Of a stretch of DNA of 64,000 nt, positions 17,524-27,399 are shown piece after piece. The stretch is from Candidatus Latescibacterota bacterium. GTDB lineage: Bacteria > Latescibacterota > UBA2968 > UBA8231. The DNA is taken from the NCBI GenBank assembly GCA_965203355.1, contig OZ241889.1, positions 864,001-928,000 of the forward strand. The letters are read 5' to 3'. The notes beneath the pieces are model-generated. The model was not told the origin of the DNA. It did not search any database and was given only the letters and a program-made list of their open reading frames with translations. A program made the position numbers and the translations under genes. Numbering within the stretch: position 1 is the stretch's first letter; every line of letters begins with the position of its first letter.

Positions 17524-19619
17524 TGTTGCGTTCCTTTGCGGTGTTTTAACGCGCTTAGCACCATCTGCCCAACCTCGTCCACGCGCACTTGATACTGGGG
17601 ATGGACGACGGTGGTTGAATCGAGCTCCTCGACGATGGCCGGCCCTTGCACCACCGCGCCAGCACCCAGCGCATAGCGGTCGTACACCGGGCAATCGACA
17701 AATCCCGCGCGCTCGGCGAAATACACCGGGCGATGTCCTTTGGCCGCTGCTTCCTCGGTTGCCTTTGCCAGCGGTGCCAGCGCAGGTTTGGCGATCTGGC
17801 CGATGGCCGCAAGCCGCACGCTGACCAATTCGACGGCCTCGCCCGGCGCGCTAAAGCCATAGGCGCGTTCGTGTGTGCGGTGGAACTGCTCCAATAGCTG
17901 CGCTAACTGCGCCGGGCCTGCCAACGGCAGCGTCAGTTCGTGGCTCTGCCCAACGTAGCGCAGATCCGCTTGGCGTCTGAAGGCCATCGCCGCTTCGGCC
18001 ATCCCCTCGCGCTCCAGCGTTTCCCGCCCTTGCGCCTCCAACGCGCGGAAGGTCTGCTCCAAGGCTTGGGGCGCTACTTGGTCCAGCGGCTGGATGAGGG
18101 TGGTCGCGTAATCGTGTTTTAAGTCGGTCACTAAAAGCCCCAAGGCCGAAGCGGTACCCGGACTTTGGGGAATGATCGCCACGGGAATCTCGGTCAGGGC
18201 GGCGAGGCGGTTGGCGTGGGCTGGCCCGGCCCCGCCAAAGGCTACCAGCGCGAAGTCGCGCGGGTCGTAGCCGCGTTGGACGGAGACGAGCCGCAGGGCG
18301 TTGACCATGGCGGTGTTGGCGATCTCGATGATGCCGTGGGCCGCCTCGACGAGGCCCATGCCCAGCGGCTGGGCGCAGTGTTGGTTGATGGCGCGTTGGG
18401 CAGCGGTTGGGTCGAGCGCGATCGCGCCGCCGAGGAAATAGCTCGGGTTGAGCCGCCCCAAGACGAGGTTGGCGTCCGTGACGGTGGGTTGCGTCCCGCC
18501 CCGGCCATAGCAGGCCGGCCCGGGGTCGGCCCCGGCACTTTGGGGGCCGACCCGGAGGATACCACCGGGATCCACCCAGGCCATGGACCCGCCCCCGGCG
18601 CCGATTTCCACGAGGTCGATTACTGGGGTGCGGATTGGATACCCGGCGCCGCGCGTTGCCCCGACGCCCGCTTGCGCCGTGGTCCCAACTTCGTAGTCCT
18701 TGGTCACGCTGGGCGCACCGCCTTGAATCAGACCGGCTTTGGCGGTCGTCCCGCCCATGTCGAAGGAAATCACTTGGTCGTAGCCCCGCGCCTGCCCCAA
18801 ATGCGCGGCTGCAATCACCCCGGCGGCCGGCCCGGACTCGACCATGTACACTGGCTTTTGCCGCGCGGCCGCAAAGGGGTACACCCCGCCGCTGCTCTGC
18901 ATTACGAGCAACTCAGCGGCGATGCCAGCTTGGGCCAACCGATCTTCAATCCGCTGCAAATAGCGCGCGACCACCGGACGGATGCAACTGTTGATCACGG
19001 TCGTGCTGGCCCGCAAGTACTCGCGAAACTCGGGCGCAACTTCTGCGGACAGCGAGACGACGGCGGCTGGAAAAACCTCGGCGAGAATCGCCCCGGCCCG
19101 CCGCTCGTGGACGGGATTGGCGTAGGCGTGCAAAAAGCAGATGGCAATGGATTCGACGCCTTCGTCGCGCAGCTTGTCGGCTACTTGGCGCAGGGCGTCT
19201 TCGTCGAGCGGTGTCAGCTCGGTACCGCTGGCATCGAGCCGCTCGGGTACGCCAAAACAGCGGTGGCGCGGCACGAGCGGCCGCGGCTTTTCAAACTGCA
19301 AGTCGTAGAGCGTGGGGCGAATCTGGCGGGCGATTTCCAGCATGTCGCGGAAGCCCTCGGTGGTGATAAAGCCGGTCGGCGCGACCTTGCCTTCGATGAT
19401 GGCGTTGGTGGCGACCGTGGTGCCGTGGACGATGTAAGCCACGTCTTGGGCGGCGATCTGCTGCTTGGCGAGCAGCCGCTGCACGGCCTCCATAAATCCG
19501 CCGGATGGGTCTTGGGGCGTCGAAGAAACCTTGTCGGTATGGATTTGTCCGGTCGCTTCGTCAATGAGCGCAATGTCGGTAAAGGTGCCGCCAATATCGA
19601 CGCCGAGTCTATAGGCCAT
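17520..19619 (-). CDS. hyuA: Hydantoinase/oxoprolinase A subunit
   Basis: GVDIGGTFTD, HGTTVATNA, ESGPAAG, DMGGTT, GAGGGS, PTVTDANLVLG. Confidence 0.93.
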   Translation of the reverse strand: MAYRLGVDIGGTFTDIALIDEATGQIHTDKVSSTPQDPSGGFMEAVQRLLAKQQIAAQDVAYIVHGTTVATNAIIEGKVAPTGFITTEGFRDMLEIARQIRPTLYDLQFEKPRPLVPRHRCFGVPERLDASGTELTPLDEDALRQVADKLRDEGVESIAICFLHAYANPVHERRAGAILAEVFPAAVVSLSAEVAPEFREYLRASTTVINSCIRPVVARYLQRIEDRLAQAGIAAELLVMQSSGGVYPFAAARQKPVYMVESGPAAGVIAAAHLGQARGYDQVISFDMGGTTAKAGLIQGGAPSVTKDYEVGTTAQAGVGATRGAGYPIRTPVIDLVEIGAGGGSMAWVDPGGILRVGPQSAGADPGPACYGRGGTQPTVTDANLVLGRLNPSYFLGGAIALDPTAAQRAINQHCAQPLGMGLVEAAHGIIEIANTAMVNALRLVSVQRGYDPRDFALVAFGGAGPAHANRLAALTEIPVAIIPQSPGTASALGLLVTDLKHDYATTLIQPLDQVAPQALEQTFRALEAQGRETLEREGMAEAAMAFRRQADLRYVGQSHELTLPLAGPAQLAQLLEQFHRTHERAYGFSAPGEAVELVSVRLAAIGQIAKPALAPLAKATEEAAAKGHRPVYFAERAGFVDCPVYDRYALGAGAVVQGPAIVEELDSTTVVHPQYQVRVDEVGQMVLSALKHRKGTQQ

Positions 19620-21345
19620 CGCTTGCCATCTCCTGCCGCCGCGCTTGGGTCGCGGCCTGATCGACTTGTCCAGTGGTGCTGTTGATGACTACACCGTACT
19701 CGTCTCGCGCCCGCTCCGCGCTCACCTTGCCCTCGCGCACATCCGCGGCCACCGCTTGGGGATTGCGGCGATGGGGCGGGCCATAGCCGCCGCCGCCGCA
19801 AGTGCGGTAGCTGAAGACCGTATTAGCCGCCAGCGCGACCGTCGTTTTGGACCCCAATTCGACGGGCTGCCCTTCCGGGTCGAGGATATAACGCGCTTTG
19901 CCGCCTGCTCGGCCCCCAGCCAGCCCTTCCGGCCCCCAGCGGTCTCGGTCCGATAGCACGGTGAAGGACACTTCGTGATCGATAAATCGGTAGTCGCGCC
20001 GCAGCCCCAAGCCGCCGCGGTACTGACCGGCGCCCTCTGAGTTCTCTATCAGCTCATAGCGGTCGATCCGCAGCGGGTAGTTGATCTCGATTTCCTCAAT
20101 CGGCGCGTTCTCGGTATTTTGGCCGTGGCACTGCACGGCGTCCGGCCCGTCCTTGCTGCTGCGCCCCCCGTAGCCGCCGGCCATGGTCTCGTAATAGGAA
20201 TAAAGCTGCCCGGTGCGCGGGTCGGTGCCGCCGAAGCCGACTTGGCACATCGTCCCCTTGGTCGCGGCCGGGATCGTATCGGGCAGGGCCGGATGCAGGG
20301 CCCTGAGAATGATGTCGGAGAGCCGCACCTGAGTCTCCCAACCTCCGACCACCGGCGAGGGTGCCGTGCAGTTGACAACGGTCCCCGCGGGAGCTACGAG
20401 CCGCACCTGTTCGTAAAATCCAGCGTTGACCGGTACGTCTTGGTCGATCAGACACTTGAGCACGTAGGCGCAGGCCGCAAAAGTCTGGGCGTAGGTGGAA
20501 TTGACCGGCGCTCGGCGCTGGGGATCGCACCCCGTCAGGTCGAAGAGCACCCCTTCGTCGTCAATGGCGACGCGGACTTGGAGCCGCACCGGCTCATCGG
20601 TAAAGCCGTCGTTATCGACGACGCCTGTGGCCGCAAACTCCCCTTTGGGCAACCGGGCCACCTCGGCTAGCGTCCGCTCCTTGGTGTAGTTGATGAGCCG
20701 ATCCATGTAAAAGGATGCCTGCGCCAACCCCACCTGCTCGACGAGTCCGTTGAGCCGGCGAATCCCCGAATTATTGGCCGCTATTTGGGCGCGAAAGTCG
20801 CCTCGCGTCTCGCGCTTGGAGCGGATTTGGGCGATGACCAGTTCAAAGACATCGGTCGCAATCTCCCCGCCGCGCACCAGCTTTACCGGCGGGATGATGA
20901 TGCCTTCTTGATACACCTGCTGAAAGGCTCCAATGCTGGCCGGCGCGCCGCCACCGACATCGACGTGATGCGCGAGATTGGCCACATAGCCAAAGAGTTC
21001 CTTGCCGCAATAGACGGGCGAAATCAGCGTGATGTCGTTGAGGTGAACCCCGCCGCGATAGGGGTCGTTGACGAGGATAGCGTCTCCGGCCTGCAAGTTT
21101 TCTGGGCCGTATTCGGCTACCGCCCGAGGCGTGAGGATCGTCAGCGATCCGAGATGTACCGGCTGGGTAAAAGCCTGGGCGACGGGCCGCAACTGGCGGT
21201 CGAAAAAGGCGCAGGAGAAATCGGCGCGGGTTTTGATGTTGGTTGAATACGCACTGCGCCGAAGGGCAATGGCCATCTCCTCGGTGGCTTCGATCAGGGC
21301 GTTGCGAATGACCTCGAATTGGATGGGATCGATCTGGTTGGGCAT
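19609..21345 (-). CDS. hyuB: Hydantoinase B/oxoprolinase subunit
   Basis: DPIQFEVI, DFSCA, PVHLGS, NDPYRGGVHLND, HHVDVGG, GGGGYGPP. Start MPNQ at 21345. Confidence 0.93.
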   Translation of the reverse strand: MPNQIDPIQFEVIRNALIEATEEMAIALRRSAYSTNIKTRADFSCAFFDRQLRPVAQAFTQPVHLGSLTILTPRAVAEYGPENLQAGDAILVNDPYRGGVHLNDITLISPVYCGKELFGYVANLAHHVDVGGGAPASIGAFQQVYQEGIIIPPVKLVRGGEIATDVFELVIAQIRSKRETRGDFRAQIAANNSGIRRLNGLVEQVGLAQASFYMDRLINYTKERTLAEVARLPKGEFAATGVVDNDGFTDEPVRLQVRVAIDDEGVLFDLTGCDPQRRAPVNSTYAQTFAACAYVLKCLIDQDVPVNAGFYEQVRLVAPAGTVVNCTAPSPVVGGWETQVRLSDIILRALHPALPDTIPAATKGTMCQVGFGGTDPRTGQLYSYYETMAGGYGGRSSKDGPDAVQCHGQNTENAPIEEIEINYPLRIDRYELIENSEGAGQYRGGLGLRRDYRFIDHEVSFTVLSDRDRWGPEGLAGGRAGGKARYILDPEGQPVELGSKTTVALAANTVFSYRTCGGGGYGPPHRRNPQAVAADVREGKVSAERARDEYGVVINSTTGQVDQAATQARRQEMASDGL

Positions 21346-21493
21346 GGCTTCTCGCGGAGGATGATTGGGGAGGTGTTGACATCTCAGTAGTACAAAAAAA
21401 GTACATACGCCGATAGGGACAAGACAAGGGTGCCATCGTGGTTTTCTTTTTCGGCGGGGCCGTACAAGCAGCTTGACCGATCGAGAGTTCGTA

Positions 21494-21592
21494 TTGATTT
21501 TCAACAAATACGTGATTGGAGCGGCGAAGTTTCTTAAAGATTACAATATTATGAGTGCGCTTGTATTACGAGAATTTCTATATCAAATATAA
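21494..21592 (+). pseudogene. Collapsed remnant of a Type II restriction endonuclease
   Basis: Translates LIFNKYVIGAAKFL-KDYNIMSALVLREFLYQI* directly before the MTase. Resembles the ExK strand and C-terminus of an REase family I recall; not verified. Confidence 0.5.
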
Positions 21593-21608
21593 GAAGGAGA
21601 TGTTACTG

Positions 21609-22670
21609 ATGAATCTGCTAATTAAAGGTGACAATATAGAAGGCTTAAATTATCTTATACACAATAGAAATCTCCAGCAAAAAATAGACTTAGTGTACAT
21701 TGATCCTCCCTTCGCTACTGGCAGTGATTTTACTGTCACCAAGGATCGCACCGCGACCGTGAGCCATTCGCGTAGCGGTTCTGTCGCGTACTCTGATCGA
21801 CTTAAAGGAGCCGAATTTGTCGAATTCTTGCGAAAGAGATTGATTTTGTTAAGGGAACTTTTATCGGCGAGAGGATCTATCTATTTACACATTGACTACA
21901 AAATAGGGCACTATATCAAAATTATGATGGACGAAGTGTTTGGTACGGACAACTTTCGCAACGATATAACAAGGATAAAATGCAATCCTAAAAACTTTAA
22001 TAGGGTTGGCTACGGTAACATAAAAGACTTGATCCTTTTTTATAGCAAAACATCGGACCCTATATGGAATGAACCAAGAGAAAGGTACTCGGAGAAAGAT
22101 ATTGAAAGGCTATTTCCAAAGACGGATCGGCAAGGGAGACGCTATACTACTGTACCTATTCACGCTCCAGGAGAAACTGAACGAGGCAACTCCAATCGAC
22201 CATTTAGAGGTATGAGGCCGCCCAAGGGCCGCCATTGGCGAACGGATGTAGAGACGCTGGAGCAATGGGACAGAGATGGGCTGATAGAATGGTCGGCCAC
22301 GGGCAATCCGCGAAAAGTAGTATTTGCAGATGAAAGAGAAGGTAAGAGAGTACAAGACATTTGGGAATACAAGGATCCTCAATATCCTATGTATCCAACG
22401 GAAAAAAATAGTAAGTTGTTAGACCTGATTATTCGCACTTCTTCTAATCAGGAGAGCATTGTGCTGGACTGTTTCTGCGGCTCGGGAACGACGCTAAAAT
22501 CCGCCCAGCAACTCAACAGAAACTGGATCGGCATCGATCAATCAGAACACGCTATCAGAGCGACAATCAAAAAAATCGAAAACACCGAAGGGAGTCTTTT
22601 TGTCGGCGGTTTAGAGTACGAGATCGTACAACTTGCCACGGAAAATCGCGGCTGCTCAGCCCAAGGCTAG
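21609..22670 (+). CDS. Site-specific DNA methyltransferase, N6/N4 family, beta class
   Basis: YIDPPF precedes YPTEK and LDCFCGSGTT. Low GC. AAGGAG RBS. Confidence 0.93.
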   Translation: MNLLIKGDNIEGLNYLIHNRNLQQKIDLVYIDPPFATGSDFTVTKDRTATVSHSRSGSVAYSDRLKGAEFVEFLRKRLILLRELLSARGSIYLHIDYKIGHYIKIMMDEVFGTDNFRNDITRIKCNPKNFNRVGYGNIKDLILFYSKTSDPIWNEPRERYSEKDIERLFPKTDRQGRRYTTVPIHAPGETERGNSNRPFRGMRPPKGRHWRTDVETLEQWDRDGLIEWSATGNPRKVVFADEREGKRVQDIWEYKDPQYPMYPTEKNSKLLDLIIRTSSNQESIVLDCFCGSGTTLKSAQQLNRNWIGIDQSEHAIRATIKKIENTEGSLFVGGLEYEIVQLATENRGCSAQG

Positions 22671-23732
22671 GTTGAAGTCCGCCGGGTCGAGGCCACTGTC
22701 TTCGGCTAGTCCCCGCAGGCTGATCAAGACATCCTCGGGCATGACAATTCCCTCGGCTAGCGCTTGTTCCCGCTTGTTCCACTCGATCTCGCCCGGCAGG
22801 AAGATGGTCCCGCCTTTGGCTGGAGAAGCACTCTTGATCTCTTTGCACAGGACGTCCATGCGGGCGTGAAATTCCGCCAGCGGCATCATCGCGCCGACGT
22901 CAATGGCGATAAAGGCGTGACCTTGGTTGGAGGGCGCGTCTGTGTCCGCCACCCAGCTTTGGACGCCGCTCATCATGGCCGCGCCGCTCAGGGTAGCTGT
23001 CAGCAGTTCCACTAGCACGGCCAATCCGTACCCTTTGTGCCCGGCCATGGGCAACTGCGCTCCTTTTTCTGGAAACTCGGTGGGATCGGTCGTTGGAATG
23101 CCGTCTTCATCTACCAGCCAAGTGTCGGGAATGCTGCGCCCTTCGTTTTTGGCCGCAAATATTTTAGTGGCCGCCACCGCGCTGGTGGCAATGTCGAGCA
23201 TGACGGTGCGGCGGGTGCCGGTGGGGGCGGCGTAGGCGATCGGGTTGGTCCCCAGCACTCTGCTCTTGCCGCCCGGCACGGTCATGCAGGGTTCCACATT
23301 GCACATGGAAAGACCGATCATGTCGTTTTCGGCGATCATGTTGGCGTAAAACCCGGCGGCACCGTAGTGGCTGCTGCCCCGGATGCCGATGTAGCACATG
23401 CCGCTTTGGCGCGCTTTGGCAACGGCCAACGCTACGGCGCGGCAGGAGATGGCGGGCGGCATGCCGTCGCAGGCGTCGATAACGGCCCAAGATGGCCCTT
23501 GGGCGACGATTTTCTCTTTTGCGGTCGCGACCAAACGGCCGCGCCGCGCATTCTGCATCAGGCCGCGAATCTGTCGGGTGCCGTGCGTGAAGGTGCCCCA
23601 AGTATCGGTGGTGACGAAGACGTGGGCACTCAGTTCGGCGTCTTCTTGGCTGAGGCCGGCTTTGACCATGGCGGCCGTGCAAAAGTTCTTCAGGTCGTCC
23701 GGCCGGATGCTTTGGCGGGTAGATTCAGTCAA
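22656..23732 (-). CDS. Ldh_2-family (type 2 malate/L-lactate dehydrogenase-like) oxidoreductase
   Basis: THG, SSHYGAAG, LGTNPIA, LDIATS, GHKGYGL, LPGE. Confidence 0.92.
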   Translation of the reverse strand: MTESTRQSIRPDDLKNFCTAAMVKAGLSQEDAELSAHVFVTTDTWGTFTHGTRQIRGLMQNARRGRLVATAKEKIVAQGPSWAVIDACDGMPPAISCRAVALAVAKARQSGMCYIGIRGSSHYGAAGFYANMIAENDMIGLSMCNVEPCMTVPGGKSRVLGTNPIAYAAPTGTRRTVMLDIATSAVAATKIFAAKNEGRSIPDTWLVDEDGIPTTDPTEFPEKGAQLPMAGHKGYGLAVLVELLTATLSGAAMMSGVQSWVADTDAPSNQGHAFIAIDVGAMMPLAEFHARMDVLCKEIKSASPAKGGTIFLPGEIEWNKREQALAEGIVMPEDVLISLRGLAEDSGLDPADFNLALG

Positions 23733-23847
23733 TGGACTGGCTCCTTTTTCGCTGATGCGTGGTTGGTGCTATGGATAAAGAGATTTTTTGCGGCCCAGTC
23801 AAGGAGGGATGCCGTTTGTGGGCGCTGAGTCGCAATGGAGCCGCTCC

Positions 23848-23876
23848 TTGACTAGCGTCCAAAAGGGCCTTTTAAT
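23848..23876 (+). promoter_or_regulatory. sigma70-type promoter for the AAA ATPase gene
   Basis: TTGACT-N17-TTTAAT, 41 nt before the ATG. Confidence 0.6.
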
Positions 23877-23917
23877 GCCTGCATCCATGCGCTGTCCGCA
23901 ACAGAAGCAAACACACC

Positions 23918-25501
23918 ATGCGTTTTTTTAACACAGCGGGGCCCATCATCGCGGCGGATCACTATCACATCCCGCCGCTGGAACGGCTGCGCCTCGACGA
24001 AGTCCTGCTGCTGATTCAGCAAAAGCGGTACTTTGTACTACACGCCCCTAGGCAGACGGGTAAAACGTCCACGCTGCTGGCGCTGATGGACGAGTTGAAT
24101 AGCATTGGGCATTATCGCTGCCTGTACATCAACGTCGAGATCGGCCAGTCGGCGCGGGAGGATGTGGGAGCGGCTATGCAGGCCATACTGGGGCAATTAG
24201 CTTCGAGGGCGGAACGTCTCTTGGGTGAGCGGATCGTGGCGGAAGTCTGGCGCGAGTCCCTGGCGGACTTAGGCCCCCACAGCGCGTTGCAAAATGTGCT
24301 GAGTCGCTGGTCGGCGGCCGACGACCGACCGCTGGTGCTGCTGATCGACGAAATTGACGCGCTGATCGGCGACACGCTCTTAGCCGTGCTCAGGCAACTG
24401 CGCGCCGGCTATCCCGACCGGCCGCAGCACTACCCGCAGACCGTCGTCCTGTGCGGTGTGCGCGATGTGCGCGACTACCGCATCCGATCGGCCACCGGAA
24501 ATGCCATTATTGCCGGCGGCAGCGCGTTCAATGTCCGCGCCGAATCCCTGCGCTTGGGCGATTTTTCACCAGATGAAGTGCAGGCACTGTTGGCGCAACA
24601 CACCGAGACCACCGGGCAGGTGTTTGCCGAGGACGCACAAGACGAGGTTTGGCAATGGACGCAAGGACAGCCTTGGCTGGTGAATGCTTTGGCTTACGAA
24701 GCGTGCTTTAGGAACAAGGCCGGACGCGATCGCAGTCGCGCCATCACGGCCGAGGCGATAAGCGATGCCCGCGAGCAACTCATTCTGCGACGCGAGACCC
24801 ACCTTGACCAACTCACTGACAAACTGCAAGAAGAACGGGTGCGGCGCGTGATCGAGCCGCTATTGAGTGGTGCCGAATCCACCGCGGCCATTCCCCAAGA
24901 CGATGTGGAATACGTGCGCGATTTGGGCCTGATTGCCCGCCGCGCTCCCATCGCCATTGCCAATCCGATCTATCAAGAGGTTATCCCCCGCGACTTGACC
25001 TACACCACGCAGGCATACCTCGTTCAGGACCCGGCCTGGTACGTGGACGCGGCCGGGCGGCTGCGCCTCGACGACTTGCTGACCGCGTTCCAAGTATTCT
25101 TCCGCGAACATTCGGAGCACTGGGTTGAGCGGTTCCAATACAAGGAAGCTGGTCCCCAGTTGCTCTTGCAAGCGTTTCTCCAGCGCATTGTCAACAGCGG
25201 CGGGCGGATTGAGCGCGAGTATGGCTTGGGCCGGATGCGCACGGACTTGCTGGTCGTGTGGCCAGTGCCCGGAGATGTTGCGTTGCAGCGGGTGGTGATC
25301 GAATGCAAACTACTGTACAAGAGCTTAGAACAGACCATCGTTGCGGGCCTCGACCAGACCCGCGCCTACATGGACCGCTGTGCCGCCAGCGAAGGGCATC
25401 TGGTGATTTTTGACCGCACGGCCGGCGTATCGTGGGATGACAAGATATTCCGCCGCGAGGAAGGCATGGGCGCGGAGAAGGTCGTCGTGTGGGGTATGTG
25501 A
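23918..25501 (+). CDS. AAA-like ATPase with C-terminal PD-(D/E)XK nuclease-like domain
   Basis: FFNTAGP, HAPRQTGKT Walker A, LLIDEID Walker B, REYGLGRMRTDL...VIECK. Confidence 0.88.
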   Translation: MRFFNTAGPIIAADHYHIPPLERLRLDEVLLLIQQKRYFVLHAPRQTGKTSTLLALMDELNSIGHYRCLYINVEIGQSAREDVGAAMQAILGQLASRAERLLGERIVAEVWRESLADLGPHSALQNVLSRWSAADDRPLVLLIDEIDALIGDTLLAVLRQLRAGYPDRPQHYPQTVVLCGVRDVRDYRIRSATGNAIIAGGSAFNVRAESLRLGDFSPDEVQALLAQHTETTGQVFAEDAQDEVWQWTQGQPWLVNALAYEACFRNKAGRDRSRAITAEAISDAREQLILRRETHLDQLTDKLQEERVRRVIEPLLSGAESTAAIPQDDVEYVRDLGLIARRAPIAIANPIYQEVIPRDLTYTTQAYLVQDPAWYVDAAGRLRLDDLLTAFQVFFREHSEHWVERFQYKEAGPQLLLQAFLQRIVNSGGRIEREYGLGRMRTDLLVVWPVPGDVALQRVVIECKLLYKSLEQTIVAGLDQTRAYMDRCAASEGHLVIFDRTAGVSWDDKIFRREEGMGAEKVVVWGM

Positions 25502-25556
25502 AGATTCGGCGGATGGAGCGAAAAACCCGCAAACAAATCAGAGGAGACATAGCGTT

Positions 25557-26342
25557 ATGAACGGTAGTACTGGACTTGAGCAGTACGTGACGATGGAAGA
25601 ATATCTCAAGGGTCGGCGCTGCATTATCACCGGCTCCAGTGGGACGATTGGCAAGCTCTTTGCGACCTTTATTGCCTCGCGCGGCGGAATCCCCATTCTG
25701 GTGGATGTGGTGCCGCAGGACGCCACGGTGGCGGCGGTTGAGTCCTGCGGTGGCGAGTACAGCGTCCATCGCGTGGACCTCAGCGATGTTGCCCAAATCA
25801 AATCCTTCTACGCTGAAATCGCCGAACAGTACGACGGCCTCGATGTGCTCATCAATAACGCCGGGCTGCTCAGCGAGGTAAAGTTGCTCGACATGACCGA
25901 GAGCGACTGGGATCGCGTCCTCAATGTAAATGCAAAAGGCGCGGCCTTTATGAGCCAGGGCGCGGTCGGCCTGATGCAGCATGGCAGCGGCGATCGACAA
26001 ATCATCAACATTGTGTCGCTGGCCGCGCTGGTGGGCGGGCTTTACGTGGGCGCACCCTATGTTTGCAGCAAGGCGGCCCTGCTCGGTCTCAGCCGCAACT
26101 ATACGGTGCAGGCAGGTAAGGAATTCGGCATCCGCGTCAATTCCATCAGCCCGGTTATTGTCAGCGGCCAGATGATTTCCAACACGCCGCGCGAAGCCAT
26201 TGACGGGGTCAAAGACCTAATGAAAGTGTGGAAGCAGGAAGTCCCCTCCATACATTTGCTTTATGTCTTTGAAATGCTGTGCAGAACCCCGTCGATGACG
26301 GGCAAGAATATCGTTCTCGATGGCGGCATTCTGCTGGAGTAA
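25557..26342 (+). CDS. Short-chain dehydrogenase/reductase
   Basis: TGSSGTIG, NNAG, YVCSK, IRVNSISP, LDGG. GAGGAG RBS. Confidence 0.9.
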   Translation: MNGSTGLEQYVTMEEYLKGRRCIITGSSGTIGKLFATFIASRGGIPILVDVVPQDATVAAVESCGGEYSVHRVDLSDVAQIKSFYAEIAEQYDGLDVLINNAGLLSEVKLLDMTESDWDRVLNVNAKGAAFMSQGAVGLMQHGSGDRQIINIVSLAALVGGLYVGAPYVCSKAALLGLSRNYTVQAGKEFGIRVNSISPVIVSGQMISNTPREAIDGVKDLMKVWKQEVPSIHLLYVFEMLCRTPSMTGKNIVLDGGILLE

Positions 26343-26483
26343 GCGCTTGGTGCCAAAGCGTCTGCGACTCGGTGCCCGACGGCGCGTGCGCGGCGGGCTG
26401 GCCGGGCCGAGGTCCCATGCTCGAACAATCCTTCCGCCGCATCAGCCGACAAGACGCGCTCGCTCGCCTAAAGGAAGCTCGCC

Positions 26484-27272
26484 ATGACCGTTCTCCACGC
26501 CTCTGAGCTAAGTGCCGACGAACTCGACCAGTTTCACGAGCAGGGCTACGTGCGTCTCGGCCACGTCGCTCCCCGCGAGGAAATTGACGCCCTCTGCCAG
26601 CGCATTGACCAGATCATGCTCGGCGAAGTGCGCTACGACAACATGCTCATGCAGCTATGCCCTTCGGCCGGCAATCCCGACCTGTCGCGGCAAACCAAGG
26701 CGTTTAAGGGTTCCTCGCTCAAGTACCGCAAAATTCAGGATCTGGAGCAGGATCCGCTGTTCTTGGACTACATGCAAAAGCCGCTTTTCCGCGACCTAAC
26801 CGCTAAGGTCATCGGCGCGGAGGTTGCGATTTTTCGCGCCATGTTTTTCAACAAGCCCGCCGAGCAGGGGGTCGTGATCAACTGGCACCAGGACGGCGCT
26901 GGCGGCTGGCACCTGAGCATTCCCCCCAAAGTCACGATGTGGACCGCGCTCGACGCTACGTGCGTTGCCAACGGTTGCTTGCAGATCATCCCCAGTTCGC
27001 ACCACACCATGATCCCCGAGACCGGCGACCAACTCTCGGCGGACGAGCGTGCGCTACACGCACCGGATGAGAAGCGGCTGTATTTGGAAATGGAAAAAGG
27101 CGAGGTGGTGCTTTTGCACAACTGGACCTTGCACCGCTCGGAGACGAATAGCACCAATCGCCCGCGCCGTGCGTTCAGCGTCTGCTACATTGACGCGGCT
27201 ACTCGCCAAAAGACTACAGGTTGCGCCTTTCCCCGCGTCTTCCCGACCTACCAGCCTATTGGGAACAGCTGA
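26484..27272 (+). CDS. PhyH-family dioxygenase with canonical HxD...H
   Basis: WHQD, WTALD, NGCL, LHRS, RRAF. Confidence 0.92.
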   Translation: MTVLHASELSADELDQFHEQGYVRLGHVAPREEIDALCQRIDQIMLGEVRYDNMLMQLCPSAGNPDLSRQTKAFKGSSLKYRKIQDLEQDPLFLDYMQKPLFRDLTAKVIGAEVAIFRAMFFNKPAEQGVVINWHQDGAGGWHLSIPPKVTMWTALDATCVANGCLQIIPSSHHTMIPETGDQLSADERALHAPDEKRLYLEMEKGEVVLLHNWTLHRSETNSTNRPRRAFSVCYIDAATRQKTTGCAFPRVFPTYQPIGNS

Positions 27273-27342
27273 CCCCATCTCTGTACCCTTTCCGTTACAC
27301 GCTCCGTCCCTCACAGCCCGCGGCCCCTCTGAGCCGCTGTCT

Positions 27343-27357
27343 TGGCACGATTTTTGC
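27343..27357 (+). promoter_or_regulatory. sigma54 (-24/-12) promoter upstream of the Rpn gene
   Basis: TGGCAC-GATTT-TTGC matches the TGGCAC-N5-TTGC consensus; 42 nt before ATG 27400. Confidence 0.55.
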
Positions 27358-27399
27358 CTCTTGCCGGTGCCACCGCACCCGCAACCCAAGGCATCGCTC

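Noticed and set aside
17524-17694. N-terminal extensions in the ORF track (ISP 17694, hyuB 21507, PhyH 3178, Rpn 27049, SDR 25410)
   Set aside because: They overlap neighbouring genes or precede better-supported downstream starts, so I used the downstream starts.
18165-19685. Long antisense and alternate-frame ORFs (for example 506 aa opposite hyuA, 355 aa at 51821)
   Set aside because: Shadow ORFs expected from high-GC codon bias over well-supported genes; no recognisable motifs.
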